In this document: positions 13,604 to 25,349 of the stretch, in pieces
How the letters are laid out: the number at the start of each line of letters is the position of its first letter
Position numbering within the stretch: the first letter of the stretch is position 1
Origin: Eledone cirrhosa
Lineage: Eukaryota
DNA length: 64,000 nucleotides
Direction: 5' to 3'
Assembly (NCBI GenBank): GCA_964016885.1
Contig: OZ024741.1
Span: forward strand, 404,054,001 to 404,118,000
The notes under the pieces: generated by a model
Database searches by the model: none
Seen by the model: only the letters and a program-made list of their open reading frames with translations
What the model was told of the DNA's origin: nothing
Translations under genes and position numbers: made by a program

Positions 13604-14160
<557 letters not shown>

Positions 14161-14187
14161 ATATATATGTATATATATATATATATA

Positions 14188-14320
14188 GGAGTCAAATCAA
14201 AAAATAAAAACACTAACGAAGAATGCAGTACAAACAGTGTTCACGCTTGAGAGTGGAGGGTGGGAGACGACATTTCGGGCATAAGCTGTCATCAGGAGAA
14301 AAGTGTGAAGGAAAAGAGTT
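14188..14320 (-). mobile_element. PLE pLTR remnant with degenerate hammerhead
   Basis: Minus strand CUGAUGA-CAGC-UUAU-GCCC-GAAAU-GUC-GUC (14295->14266); flank similar to 1340-1420. Confidence 0.5.
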
Positions 14321-14397
14321 CTGACGGTGTGAGGGGGGGGGGGGGTGAAAATACATTAAAGGAGGGGGGGGGGGTTATATACATATATATATATATT

Positions 14398-14570
14398 TGT
14401 AGTAAGGTTGCTTGGATGCGTCCATATGCGGTTTGCCGGTTGAGCACTCTATGCTCCTTCGGAGCAGAGTATAATAACCGATCACACCTGAAGCTGTTCG
14501 CCGGAGAAACAATTGTAATACGTAATAAATTTATGTTCCGATGCATCACTGATTCTTCGTTTTCCATATT
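14398..14570 (+). mobile_element. PLE pLTR 3' remnant
   Basis: GAAAC-AAUU-GUA hammerhead 3' half at ~14506-14517; homologous to 1850-1930. Confidence 0.55.
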
Positions 14571-15000
14571 ATATATATATATATAAGTGCATCGAACTAG
14601 ACAAACTGAGTTTGTGTTAGTACGCCGAAATTCGCCATTCGTTTGATGATTTCAAGGGACTTGCGTTTCTAAAATGCCTGTCAGTGATTCAGAGCGCACA
14701 CATTTAGTTATTAGTGCTAAGTTCGGGACTATGTGTGGGTATTAAACAATTTAGCCAGGTCCAAACGTAAATCGTTGGTTTCTTCTCTGTGTCTTATGCA
14801 CTGTTGTGCAATTTGCAGACAGTACGCAGGAGCCACGCATTAATTCCAGAATCATCGGGAAAAACCGAACGCAGCCAGGATGATTAATACAGAGACTTGT
14901 CAACGGAAATCGATCCATTATGTTCTATCGCAAAGATCTACTTGCGATTTAGTAGCAGTCCTTGTCTGCCACTGTTATCTCATGGCTTCCAAAAAAGGAC

Positions 15001-15129
<129 letters not shown>

Positions 15130-15139
15130 CACATTAATA

Positions 15140-16165
15140 AACATTATTCTCCTAGCTAGGAAAACCTTAATTGAGTTCAACGGAGACTTGTGAACTAGAA
15201 GACAATTCGGACAATTCCGACATCACCATGGGATCCACGGACTCGGCCCAGGTGACGGATCTGGTGGGCCTCTACTTCCTCGACTGTCTCGGAGGGGAAC
15301 TGCCTCACTTGGGAGGTGGCGCTCATCGTGACGACGTTTTGCTTACTGTGTCGTTCCATAATAATAGTATTGTAGAGAAGGTGATGAAAAAAACTAAGCA
15401 AATTCTTCAACAACATAGACTTAAGTATAGTGTTTGAAGAAAACCTGAAGATAGCTAATTTTCTAGATAGCTAATTTTCTTAACCTCAATTCAGGACTCT
15501 TCCAACCCTACCACAAACCCAACGAGAACTTAAATTATGTCAACGCAAAATCGAACCACCCTAGAATAATCACTTACGGTATTATTAAAAGCGTCTCTAG
15601 TAGAACTTCAGGACTATCTTCCAATGAAGATACTTTTGATAGGATCTCGAATTATATAATAGCGCCCTGACACTTTAGTTAACAGCAGGCGGGAGGCGAG
15701 GGAGGATCAATATAGACTTCATGTTGTATTGTCTCCTAGTCCCAATGTCGATGGTACCAATGGAAACAATCACCCAGGTACAAAGACGGGGTCCGAGCGC
15801 CGTACTGCCAGCGGAAACTCTAATTGTAACCTTAATTGTAGAACAGATAAAACAACCGTTGAACGTAAAATGGAACGGAGGTCGGGTAGAGGGAATAGGG
15901 ATAATTGTAGTAGGCGCATAGTGGATATAACCCCGGCTATCGAGGGTAATCCCAATAGCTGCACGGTGGCTACACCGCCACGGAGACTTGGGACGATTCC
16001 GAACACCATCTGGACACCCCAGCCCCAGGACACCATCGACCGACAGGCAGTTATCAGTTCTAATAGACCAGTAGCAACCAAGGAGACAGGTAACACTAGT
16101 ATAGATAATAAGAACAAGAGGCATCGGACCAGAAAAATCCTGTGGTTCAACCCCAATACTAGGAT
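15140..16165 (+). mobile_element. PLE reverse transcriptase fragment (MGSxD/xRDD/WFNP type, probably Naiad-like), decayed
   Basis: DITMGSTDSAQVTDLVGLYFL..GAHRDDVL, then ANFLD, QPYHKPNENLNYVNAKSNHP, SGLSSNE, a long N/R/T-rich insert, and RTRKILWFNP. Several frameshifts and stops. Confidence 0.8.
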
Positions 16166-16574
16166 CATACAGAACGGATTATAACAGAATATCAAGTTTA
16201 ACTTTGATGAAGTCAATTGTTGTATTGTATTAAAACATAACCTGTGGTAGCTTAGTATTTGTTTTAAGTCAGACCCTTTTCTTTGTATTGTTGAGTTCAT
16301 CAATATATAGTTCCAGAAATATAGACATGTGTAGAATACTGCCCATCCGCTTGTAAATGATCTGTTGAAGATATACAGCTATGGAATCTAACCGAAAAAT
16401 TCACTCATTTATATAACTAAGACCCACCCTTCCACAAACACATGTACATAAACAGGTGCAAACTTTACCAGCTGGACAATACGATTGGTGATCATAGAAC
16501 AATGCTATGTTATATATAAGATTCGTTAAATATATGAGTGATGATGGCCGGGGAGTTGCTCTAAGCGCACGCAT

Positions 16575-16815
16575 ATATAGATATAGATATATATAGGTAT
16601 GTAGCTATATATTTATAGGTATATAGCTATATATTTATAGAAATATAGATATGCATTTATAGAAATATAGCAATGTATTTATAGATATATAGCTATATAT
16701 TTATAGAAATATAGCTATTTATTTATAGATATATAGCTATACATTTATAGATATACAGCAATATATTTATAGGAATATAGCTATATATTTATAGATATAA
16801 AGCTATATATTTATA
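16575..16815. repeat. 20-bp AT-rich minisatellite (atatagctatatatttatag), ~11-12 copies
   Basis: Direct periodic repeat visible. Confidence 0.85.
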
Positions 16816-17413
16816 TTTAAAAAAATATTTTCGCTCTACATGGCTGAAATACAATAAATGTAATCTGAGTTTTTCGAATATTAATAATAACATTCGATTC
16901 GTTTGCAATTATGCAAAGAAGCCTCATTTTTAAAGCTATGTAAGTAGAATGAACCCTTCTTTCTTGCTCTTGTGTTGGCATGTAAACAGAATTGAAGACA
17001 CTATATATTTATAGGAATCTTCATTATATATAGAATTGTTTCATTCGAATGAAATCATTAACATTTTCCTGGTGATATCATACGAATGAAACAGTTCTTG
17101 TCCCGTAGAAATTATTTCTATATATATAAACGATGCCTTTACTCTAGCCATGTATTGAGTACCTTTTTTAACATCGGTAACCTCCGACATAACTCGGGAA
17201 TCTGCATAATATCTATAGATTCCTATATTTTTATAGGTGTACACTTATATATATTTCTTTCTGTCTTAAGCATTCGGCTCCTGTTAGAGGTGTCGTATCA
17301 TATGATATGATGTGTGTTGAGAATGGAAACCTGTCGGAGCTTACCCCTCACCAGATCTGTGATGACGTTTTCCAGAGAGAAAGGGGGTGAAAGAGAATGA
17401 GAGTGAAAGAAAG

Positions 17414-17456
<43 letters not shown>

Positions 17457-17463
<7 letters not shown>

Positions 17464-17667
17464 GTGAGGGTTTTTTTACGAAATGAAAAATAACCGAGGT
17501 GTCCTACACGAGTGAAAGTATAAAGAAAAAAAGATGAAATCGAAAATGCAACTGGAGTCTTATTTTTTTTTTAAATATATATATTTATTTGGTTCCTTTA
17601 CCGGTTTCGCAGTTCTTCTGCTTTTCAAAGTAGAGTTGAGATGGAGGGTCTGTGGTTTTTCTCACAT
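17457..17667 (-). mobile_element. Solo pLTR 3' fragment of the Neptune-type PLE
   Basis: Near-identical to 18641-18853; includes the UUGAAAA hammerhead variant (17595-17630) and abuts (TA)n. Confidence 0.85.
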
Positions 17668-17834
17668 CATAGATATACTATACTTCCCACCTAGATTGAT
17701 GTTGTGATTATTTCAAATAATTTATTGCTAACATTGTTGATATTGTTGTTATTGTTCTAACTGAATGCCATTACTACTACATATAGTAGCCTGTATATTC
17801 TTTTCATGCCTGTATATTCTCTTCATTCTCGCAA

Positions 17835-17940
17835 GCTCCGATGAACTGACTGGTTATAATTTTGTATTGGCGATCGAGTAACGTGAAAATAAGCGGTTAG
17901 CGATCTCTAGACCTACCAGTTCAGAGAAACAATTGTCAGC
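17835..17940 (+). ncRNA. Type I hammerhead-like motif with U4C core change and large loop II
   Basis: GCU-CCGAUGA-A-CUGACUGGU...ACCAGUUCAG-A-GAAAC-AAUU-GUC-AGC; palindromic stem III ACAAUUGU. Confidence 0.6.
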
Positions 17941-18229
17941 AATGAGATTAAAAACCTTTTTTTGTATAGCAAACCGTGTCACTCTTCTTTCCTGATTTAT
18001 ATATATATACACACACACGCATGGATGCCTATATAGAGAGAGCAAGAGTGATAGATAGTTATGAGTTAAATATTTCATTTCTTTGTAATCGACAATACTT
18101 CCCTTCTATTCCCCTCATAACTTTTTTCTCTCTCACACACACATACACTAGCACACACATATACAGACACATACAAACATACACCAAATTATTCTCCTAC
18201 ACACACCCAGCCACATCCACACAGTTATA

Positions 18230-18280
<51 letters not shown>

Positions 18281-18401
18281 GAACTGGAGACTCCAGTTCC
18301 TCAGTGAAATAACAACCCAGCAAGGAACTGGGCATATCAGAGTATTGACAATATCATACACCTAAACAACATATGTACTTGTCTATACCACACTAATTCA
18401 A

Positions 18402-18456
18402 ACTGCCTGAAGAGGTCACAGCCAAAGATGGCTGTCACTGAAATATATATAGCAGT
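18402..18456 (+). ncRNA. Type I hammerhead ribozyme, canonical core, in a solo pLTR (18278-18605) between (TA)n tracts
   Basis: ACUGC-CUGAAGA-GGUCACAGCCA-AAGA-UGGCUGUCACU-GAA-AUAUAUAU-A-GCAGU. Perfect 5-bp stem I, ~10-bp stem II, palindromic stem III, AUA triplet, AATAAA immediately after. Confidence 0.88.
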
Positions 18457-18602
18457 AATAAACGAAGCTAAATTTTAATCATTTGACTTTTATTTAACTT
18501 TATTTTACACTACTCCGGAGTAACCAAACCAACCTGCGCACTTCGTCGAGTGCTCCAGCCTGCATACTGAGGTGTTGGCATACAACCAACATAAACTCAA
18601 AA

Positions 18603-18647
<45 letters not shown>

Positions 18648-18778
18648 GTGAGGTTTTTTTTACAAAATGAAAAATAACCGAGGTGTCCTACACGAGTGAA
18701 AGTATAAAGAAAAAGAGATGAAATCGAAAATGCAACGGGAGTCTTATTTTTTAAAAAAATATATATATTTATTTGGTT

Positions 18779-18816
18779 CCTTTACCGGTTTCGCAGTTCT
18801 TCTGCTTTTCAAAAGG
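18779..18816 (-). ncRNA. Minimal type I hammerhead with U3:A8 variant core (inverted pLTR)
   Basis: CCUU-UUGAAAA-GCAG-AAGAA-CUGC-GAA-ACCGGU-A-AAGG. Confidence 0.75.
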
Positions 18817-19258
18817 TGAGTTGAGATGGAGGGTCTGTGGTTTTTCTCACATCTGGTTGGTCTATGAATGTTACTTGTTTTATATGGAAAAAGTGGCTCG
18901 AAATGCCAGGTTTTTCGAGAAGTAATTTGATTGGTTTGTCAATAATTATAATAAATTTCGCGCCAGTTCGCGTTACAATAGTTCTTCAAATAAGAGGGGG
19001 GGGGGGTTCACAGGTTGTTTTTTCATATATGAGTGTTTGAATTTCTTTTTACTTGAAAAAAGGAGGCTCACGAAGGCTTTTTTGGGGTTGGTTATAAATG
19101 AAATTATGGCTGTCACGTGAACAAATTTTCATTAAATGTTTGTGCCCTTATTTGGAAATCCATTCTGTAGCCTTTTTAGGGACTTTTTTGATAAGTAAAA
19201 GATAATGGTCAAGAGAAAGGGATGGGATAATTGTTCTGGTTCAGTGAATATGGTTAGT

Positions 19259-19798
19259 AAAAACGCCACCTGGTTCAACAACTACGAAATGGACTTCAAA
19301 AATGAACAACATACAGGTAACCCATTTTTAAAACAAACTAAAACTCACACACCACATGCACAACAAATAACAAAAAAAGTAACAAAACGTCCAACATACC
19401 CCCAGCAAAACTATAACGATAATCCCAGAAACCATAGACAAAACTATAACCCTACTAACAAAAACCAAAGATCCCCGAACATAAGGCAGGACCTGATCCG
19501 CAGATCACAACCCACACAAAACCTATTCCAAAACCGTAGACCCCTGCCCACACAGAGCCTGTTCCAAAACCGTAGATCCCAACCCACACAAAGGAACCAA
19601 ATCTACAACCCGGACTATCAACAAACCGAACCTCAATACGTCCGAAACTCCTATACAAGACCACACAACAACAGAGGAAATACCATTAGATATAATAATA
19701 CCAATGAAAAAACATTCCAAAAAAATCATTTTTTATATCAAGGCTACAGGACTCACGACACCCGGTGGCACAAACCGATTTTGAAAAACCGAAAATAA
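19259..19798 (+). CDS. Upstream ORF remnant of the PLE (N/Q/R/P/T-rich, basic), 5'-truncated
   Basis: Part of ORF 19205-19798; the first ~18 codons derive from the inverted pLTR. Contains an in-frame 36-bp repeat (PTQNLFQNRRPL/PTQSLFQNRRSQ) and overlaps the RT frame. Confidence 0.6.
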   Translation, partial: KNATWFNNYEMDFKNEQHTGNPFLKQTKTHTPHAQQITKKVTKRPTYPQQNYNDNPRNHRQNYNPTNKNQRSPNIRQDLIRRSQPTQNLFQNRRPLPTQSLFQNRRSQPTQRNQIYNPDYQQTEPQYVRNSYTRPHNNRGNTIRYNNTNEKTFQKNHFLYQGYRTHDTRWHKPILKNRK

Positions 19799-22035
19799 TT
19801 AACATTTCAAATACAAACCTCTCAGCCCAACAAGTAAAAATTCTCTCCAAAGGTCTGAAATTCACACCAACACCACAATACCCTAACCCCAACGAGATAA
19901 ATGACGATATCTCACACTTCTGTAGAAAATTACGTCTCACAGAGGAATTCTTTGACAAGGAGAATAACGACGAATCAATTGTACGGAATAAAAGCAGCTA
20001 CAACCCAACAAAAGGTAGAAACAGAGTTCTGGACAAATTTTGTGACCACATAGCTACCTTCCCATACCATGAACTACCGCAACCTAAACCCAAACCCAAC
20101 ACGAGTCGAAGGGAATGGGAGATTATCCATGAACTAAAAAACAATACGGACATTATAATTAAGGAAGCGGACAAGAGAAGTACTGTTGTCATTATGGAGG
20201 CTGAAAAATATAAAAATTCTATGTTCTCTCTCTTACAAAATACTAATTACTATGAAAGAGTAAAAAACTACCAGCAATAAAAAATAATGACCAAATTAAA
20301 CACACTGATTTATCGATACCAGGAAGACCTAACTAAAAAGGAACGCGATTATTTAACAAATTTTGAATACAAAACCAGCAACCTTTACGGACTTCCGAAG
20401 ATCCACAAGTGTAAAATAATCAACGATGCCTGTAAACAATCCACCTCAGCCTGCGTGAACACACAATACCCCACAGACCTTAAATTAAGACTAATTGTAG
20501 CGGGCCCACAATGTGAAACACACAGATTGAGCAACTTTATAGACATACTACTGAAACCAATACTGAAACACATACCAAGCCTTGTAAGAGACGATCTGGA
20601 CCTCTTAAACCACCTCCCCAAACATGTCAACAACGACACTATTATTGTGTCTTTCGATGTAGTAAATCTCTACACAACGATTCCACACCAATACGGACTA
20701 GAAGCAATAGGATTCTGGCTTAAGAAATATCCCAATAAGATACCTGACAGAATAGAAAAAAGCTTCATCACCGAGGGGTTAAAATTCATCCTACAGAACA
20801 ACTTTTTTGATTTCGATGGCAATAATTACAAGCAAATATCGGGGACTGCGATGGGTACAAAAGCCGCTCCAACTTATGCCAACTTAGTCATGGCATACTT
20901 AGAAGTCCAGATATATGAACAGTCCAAATCAAAATACGGATTGAACTTCCACAAATATTTATCAGAGAATTGGAAACGCTACTTGGATGATTGCCTCATT
21001 CTTTGGTCCCACACACTCGACCAACTGAAGGATTTCAAAAACTTAATAAACGGCATCAATAACCACATCCAATTCACAATGGAATACAGCCAAGATCAAC
21101 TCCCATTTCTGGACATCTTAATCTTAAAAAAAGACACAAATATAGAAACTGACATACACTACAAACCAACAGATTCCAAACAATATCTGCTATTCACCTC
21201 CAACCATCCAAAGCACACGAAGACGAACATTCTTTTTAACCTAGCAAGAAGAATGTTCACAATTGTCTCCAATTATGAAACGCGAAATAAAAGACTTCAA
21301 GAATTAAAGGAAATTCTACTCGAGAGAGAGTACCCACTATTACTAATAAATAATGGAATAGAAAGGGCTAAAGCAATAGGCATTGATGAATTACGGAAAC
21401 AGAAACAAATTCAAGGTACGTCCAATATTCTATCATATATCTCAACACACAACCCAAGAAATGCGGAAGCTTACAACACTATTCACAATAACATCCCACT
21501 ACTAAAACAAAACCCAAGAATGAAAAAAGCCCTTGAAACACACAAAATAATCAAAAGCAAAAGACAACCAAAATCACTGAAAACATTACTCACCAATGCC
21601 AAATTACCTACCACAAACCCACAACCAAGTATCAAAAAATGTGGTCGCTCTAATTGTGGAACCTGCACTCACCTCATTGAAGGCAACACGTATACATTTA
21701 AATCAGGACACAATTTTACTGTAAAAAATCACTTCACTTGCTCATCAAAAAATCTACTTTATGCCATTAAATGTAAAGGATGCAATGAAGATTATATAGG
21801 ACAAACTAAACTCACACTCAGAAACAGAATGACAGTTCATCGCCAACAATTACGAGATCCAACCACGAGACAGATACCACTAAGTGCATATCTAGACATT
21901 TGCGCAAGTAATAAGACACCCAAATTCCAAGTCTTCCCATTTTACCTTTGCGCTAACAATACAACAGAACAAATGCGAATAAATAAGGAAAATATGTTTA
22001 TTCAAAAATATAGACCAACATTAAATAAGGTTTAA
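19708..22035 (+). pseudogene. PLE polyprotein: N-terminal domain, RT, Cys-rich linker, GIY-YIG endonuclease; one in-frame TAA at 20278-20280
   Basis: ORFs 19765-20280 and 20287-22035 share a frame. Motifs: LSKGLKFTPTP, IKEADK(R), LYGLPKIHK, SFDVVNLYTTIP, GTAMGTKAAPTYANL, WKRYLDD, LPFLD, CGRSNCGTC, NLLYAIKCKGCNEDYIGQT..RNRMTVH, and a terminal LN. Confidence 0.93.
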
Positions 22036-22515
22036 TATACATTATGTCAACACCATAATATGACATACACACACACACATAACACCTTCTACTTTAGAAA
22101 ATAAAAACCCGAACTAAATAAACCTTAACATACGTTTGCACTGGCAATACAACAGCAAACACGAATAAGTAAGGAAAATATGTTCATTCAAAAATATTCC
22201 TACTAAAGGAATCACTTTCCTACACACACACATACACACGCACACAATATATATATATATATATATATTCTCTCCATCTTAACATGCTAACCATACTCCC
22301 ACACACATAACACCCATACACACACATAACAACCCCCACACCCACAACTCCCTCCCCATTTCTACTAATAGAACCACTTTCCTACACACATATATATACA
22401 CACACACAAAATATATATTCTCTCCATCTTAACATACTCGCGCGCACACACATAACACCCATATACACACACACACAACTCCCTCCCCCATTTCTACTAA
22501 TAGAATCATCTTCCA

Positions 22516-22561
<46 letters not shown>

Positions 22562-23416
22562 ACACAAGCACACAAATAAACATACATATCTTCACTTCAA
22601 TAGAAAATCTGAATTCTGACACCCCAGCGAACTAACCATATTCACTGAACCAGAACAATTCTCCCAATCCCTTTTCTCTTGACCACTAACTTTCCATTGT
22701 CATAACATTCGCTATAAAGACTACAGAATAGTTTTCCAAATAAGGGCGCAAAAATGTAATGAAAACTTGTTCACGTGACAGCCAAATTTCATTTATAACC
22801 AATCAAATCACGTTTATTAAAAAAAGCCTTCGTGAGCCACCCTTTTTTTTAAGTAAAGAAATTCAAACACAGACACACACACACACGCACACACACACAC
22901 AAGCACACAAATAAACACACATATCTTTACTTTCTTTATTCAATAGAAAATCTGAATTCTGACACCCTAGCGAACTAACCATATTCACTGAACCAGAACA
23001 ATTCTCCAATCCCTTTCTCTTGACCATTATCTTTTACTTATCAAAAAATTCTCTAAAAAGGCTACAGAATGGATTTCCAAATAAGGGCACAAACATTTAA
23101 TGAAAATTTGTTCACGTGACAGCCATAATTTCATTTATAACCAACCCCCAAAAAAGCCTTCGTGAGCCTCCTTTTTTCAAGTAAAAAGAAATTCAAACAC
23201 TCATATATGAAAAACCAACCTGTGACACCCCCCCCCCTCTTATTTGAAGAACTATTGTAACGCGAACTGGCGCGAAATTTATTATAATTATTGACAAACC
23301 AATCAAATTACTTCTCGAAAAACCTGGCATTTCGAGCCACTTTTTCCATATAAAACAAGTAACATTCAGAGACTAAACAGATGTGAGAAAAACCACAGAC
23401 CCTCCATCTCAACTCA

Positions 23417-23454
23417 CCTTTTGAAAAGCAGAAGAACTGCGAAACCGATAAAGG
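23417..23454 (+). ncRNA. Same hammerhead in the 3' pLTR, with stem III mutated (ACCGAU)
   Basis: cctt-ttgaaaa-gcag-aagaa-ctgc-gaa-accgat-a-aagg. Confidence 0.65.
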
Positions 23455-23523
23455 AACCAAATAAATATATATATTTTTTTAAAAAATAAGACTCCAGTTG
23501 CATTTTCGATTTCATCTCTTTTT

Positions 23524-23570
<47 letters not shown>

Positions 23571-23574
<4 letters not shown>

Positions 23575-24071
23575 TAAAAGGAAAAGAAAATGCTGACAAA
23601 TTGTTCCCAGTGAAAAATAATTTAATTAGGAATAAGTAAAAATTAGTAATAGTATTGGTTAGTATTCAGTTTTGGTTTTAAGTTTTTACCGGTTGCGCAT
23701 TTCTAATGCTTTTCAAAAAATAAATTTGAGATAGACCGCCCGTGATGTTTGCTCTAATCTGATTAGTTTTCGAAATTCTACCTGTTTTATGTAAAAAAAA
23801 AAGTGGCTCCAGATGTATGAAAGAATTCTTGTGGTCAAAACAATTTTGATTGGTCGCTAGAGATCATGTGAATGTTAAAAATTGATTTTGCGCCAAATGT
23901 AGGTTTGTCTCGGCTGATTGAGAAGTCACTGAAAAATAAGTCTTTCAAGACAAATATGTGTGTGTGTGTGTAGTAGTTATAAAGAGGTTCGTTGTTGTGA
24001 TAATGGTCAGCAGGGATGTGTGTGCGAACCGCAGCCTGTTGACAGGTCAACAGTTCAGATGCCTATTAAGA

Positions 24072-24106
<35 letters not shown>

Positions 24107-25249
24107 CAGAGTAATTCGTGGTAGAGGGATCGGACAGTAGGAATGTGTCTTAACGTGTGTGGGGGATATTTTAACATGTTAAAAGATATTTTTCAGCTCT
24201 TGTCTTATACGGAGAAGTGTGTGTGTGTGTGTGTGTATATATGTCTCTTTGTATGTTAATGTACGCGTGTTTATGTGTGTGTGTATGTGTGTGAATGTGT
24301 GTGTGTGTGTGTGTGTGGGTGGACCAGTATTTTTGTGATACTGGTAAAAATGGTGTACATTATTCGATATTTTCAGTAAAAACGATTCTCTCAATAGAAC
24401 ATCAAAAACCTTAATAATAAAAGGTGTGAAATGATATATAGTATTGGCATAATGCCAAGGTGTGTGTGAGTGTCCAGATTGTACGTACTGCAAGGGGAAT
24501 CCATTAGGCCTTCCCGTATTGGAATACTTGTGTACAAATATGTATGTGCCCATCAGTGTGCAATGGATGTGTGCGTATATGTATGTGTGTGTGTCGGCAC
24601 GTTTAGATCTATAGACATCAAAAGGTATGCAAATTTGTGTATATTTGTGTTGCACCGTAGAACATGTGTGTTCACGTATGTCATTGTGTTTATATGTGCA
24701 TAGAGATGTATGTAGGATGTATGCTGATGTAGGTATGTATGTTGACGTGTGTATGTTGTGGGTTCGTCTTAGGGAGAAGTGTTTAGACGGGGTCCGTATT
24801 TGTTAATAACATGAGATTCCTTGCTGATGCGCTTGAAATAAGTCTTGAAAGACTTATTTTCAGTGACTTCTCAATCAGCCGTGACAAACCTACATTTGGC
24901 GCAAAATCAATTTTTAACATTCACATGACCTCTACCGACCAATCAAAATTGTTTTGACCACCAGAATTTTTTCATACATCTGGAGCCACTTTTTTTTACA
25001 TAAAACAGGTAAAATTTCCAAAACTAATCAGATTAGAGCAAAAATCACGGGCGCTCTATCTCAAAATTATTTTTGAAAAGTATTAGAAATGCGCAACCGG
25101 TAAAAACTTAAAACCAAAACTGAATACTAACCAATACTTATTACTAATTTTTACTTATTTCTAATTAAACTATTTTTCACTGGGAACAATTTGTCAGCAT
25201 TTTCTTTTCCTTTTACCAATATATCATAACTCGTGTGTTACACCTCTAT

Positions 25250-25254
<5 letters not shown>
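23571..25254 (-). mobile_element. Sister-family PLE: 3' UTR plus pLTR on the minus strand with an inverted pLTR, no ORF retained
   Basis: 23571-23951 is the reverse complement of 24842-25219. The interior is GT-rich, mirroring the CA-rich 3' UTR of the Neptune copy. Hammerhead-like UUGAAAA-GCAU..AUGC-GCAACCGGUA at 23683-23720 and 25069-25106. Confidence 0.8.
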
Positions 25255-25318
<64 letters not shown>

Positions 25319-25349
25319 CAATATACAGAAACACACATACATGCGGACA

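Larger units (their letters stand above)
18641..23530 (+). mobile_element. Penelope-like retroelement (Neptune-type), 5'-truncated, with inverted pLTR at the 5' junction
   Basis: 18703-19258 is the reverse complement of 22974-23530. Internal RT + GIY-YIG ORF. A partial tandem pLTR copy lies at ~22575-22870. Flanked by (TA)n on both sides. Confidence 0.93.

Noticed and set aside
19205-19258. AUG start of the 197-aa ORF
   Set aside because: Lies in the inverted pLTR copy; a fortuitous fusion at the truncation junction.
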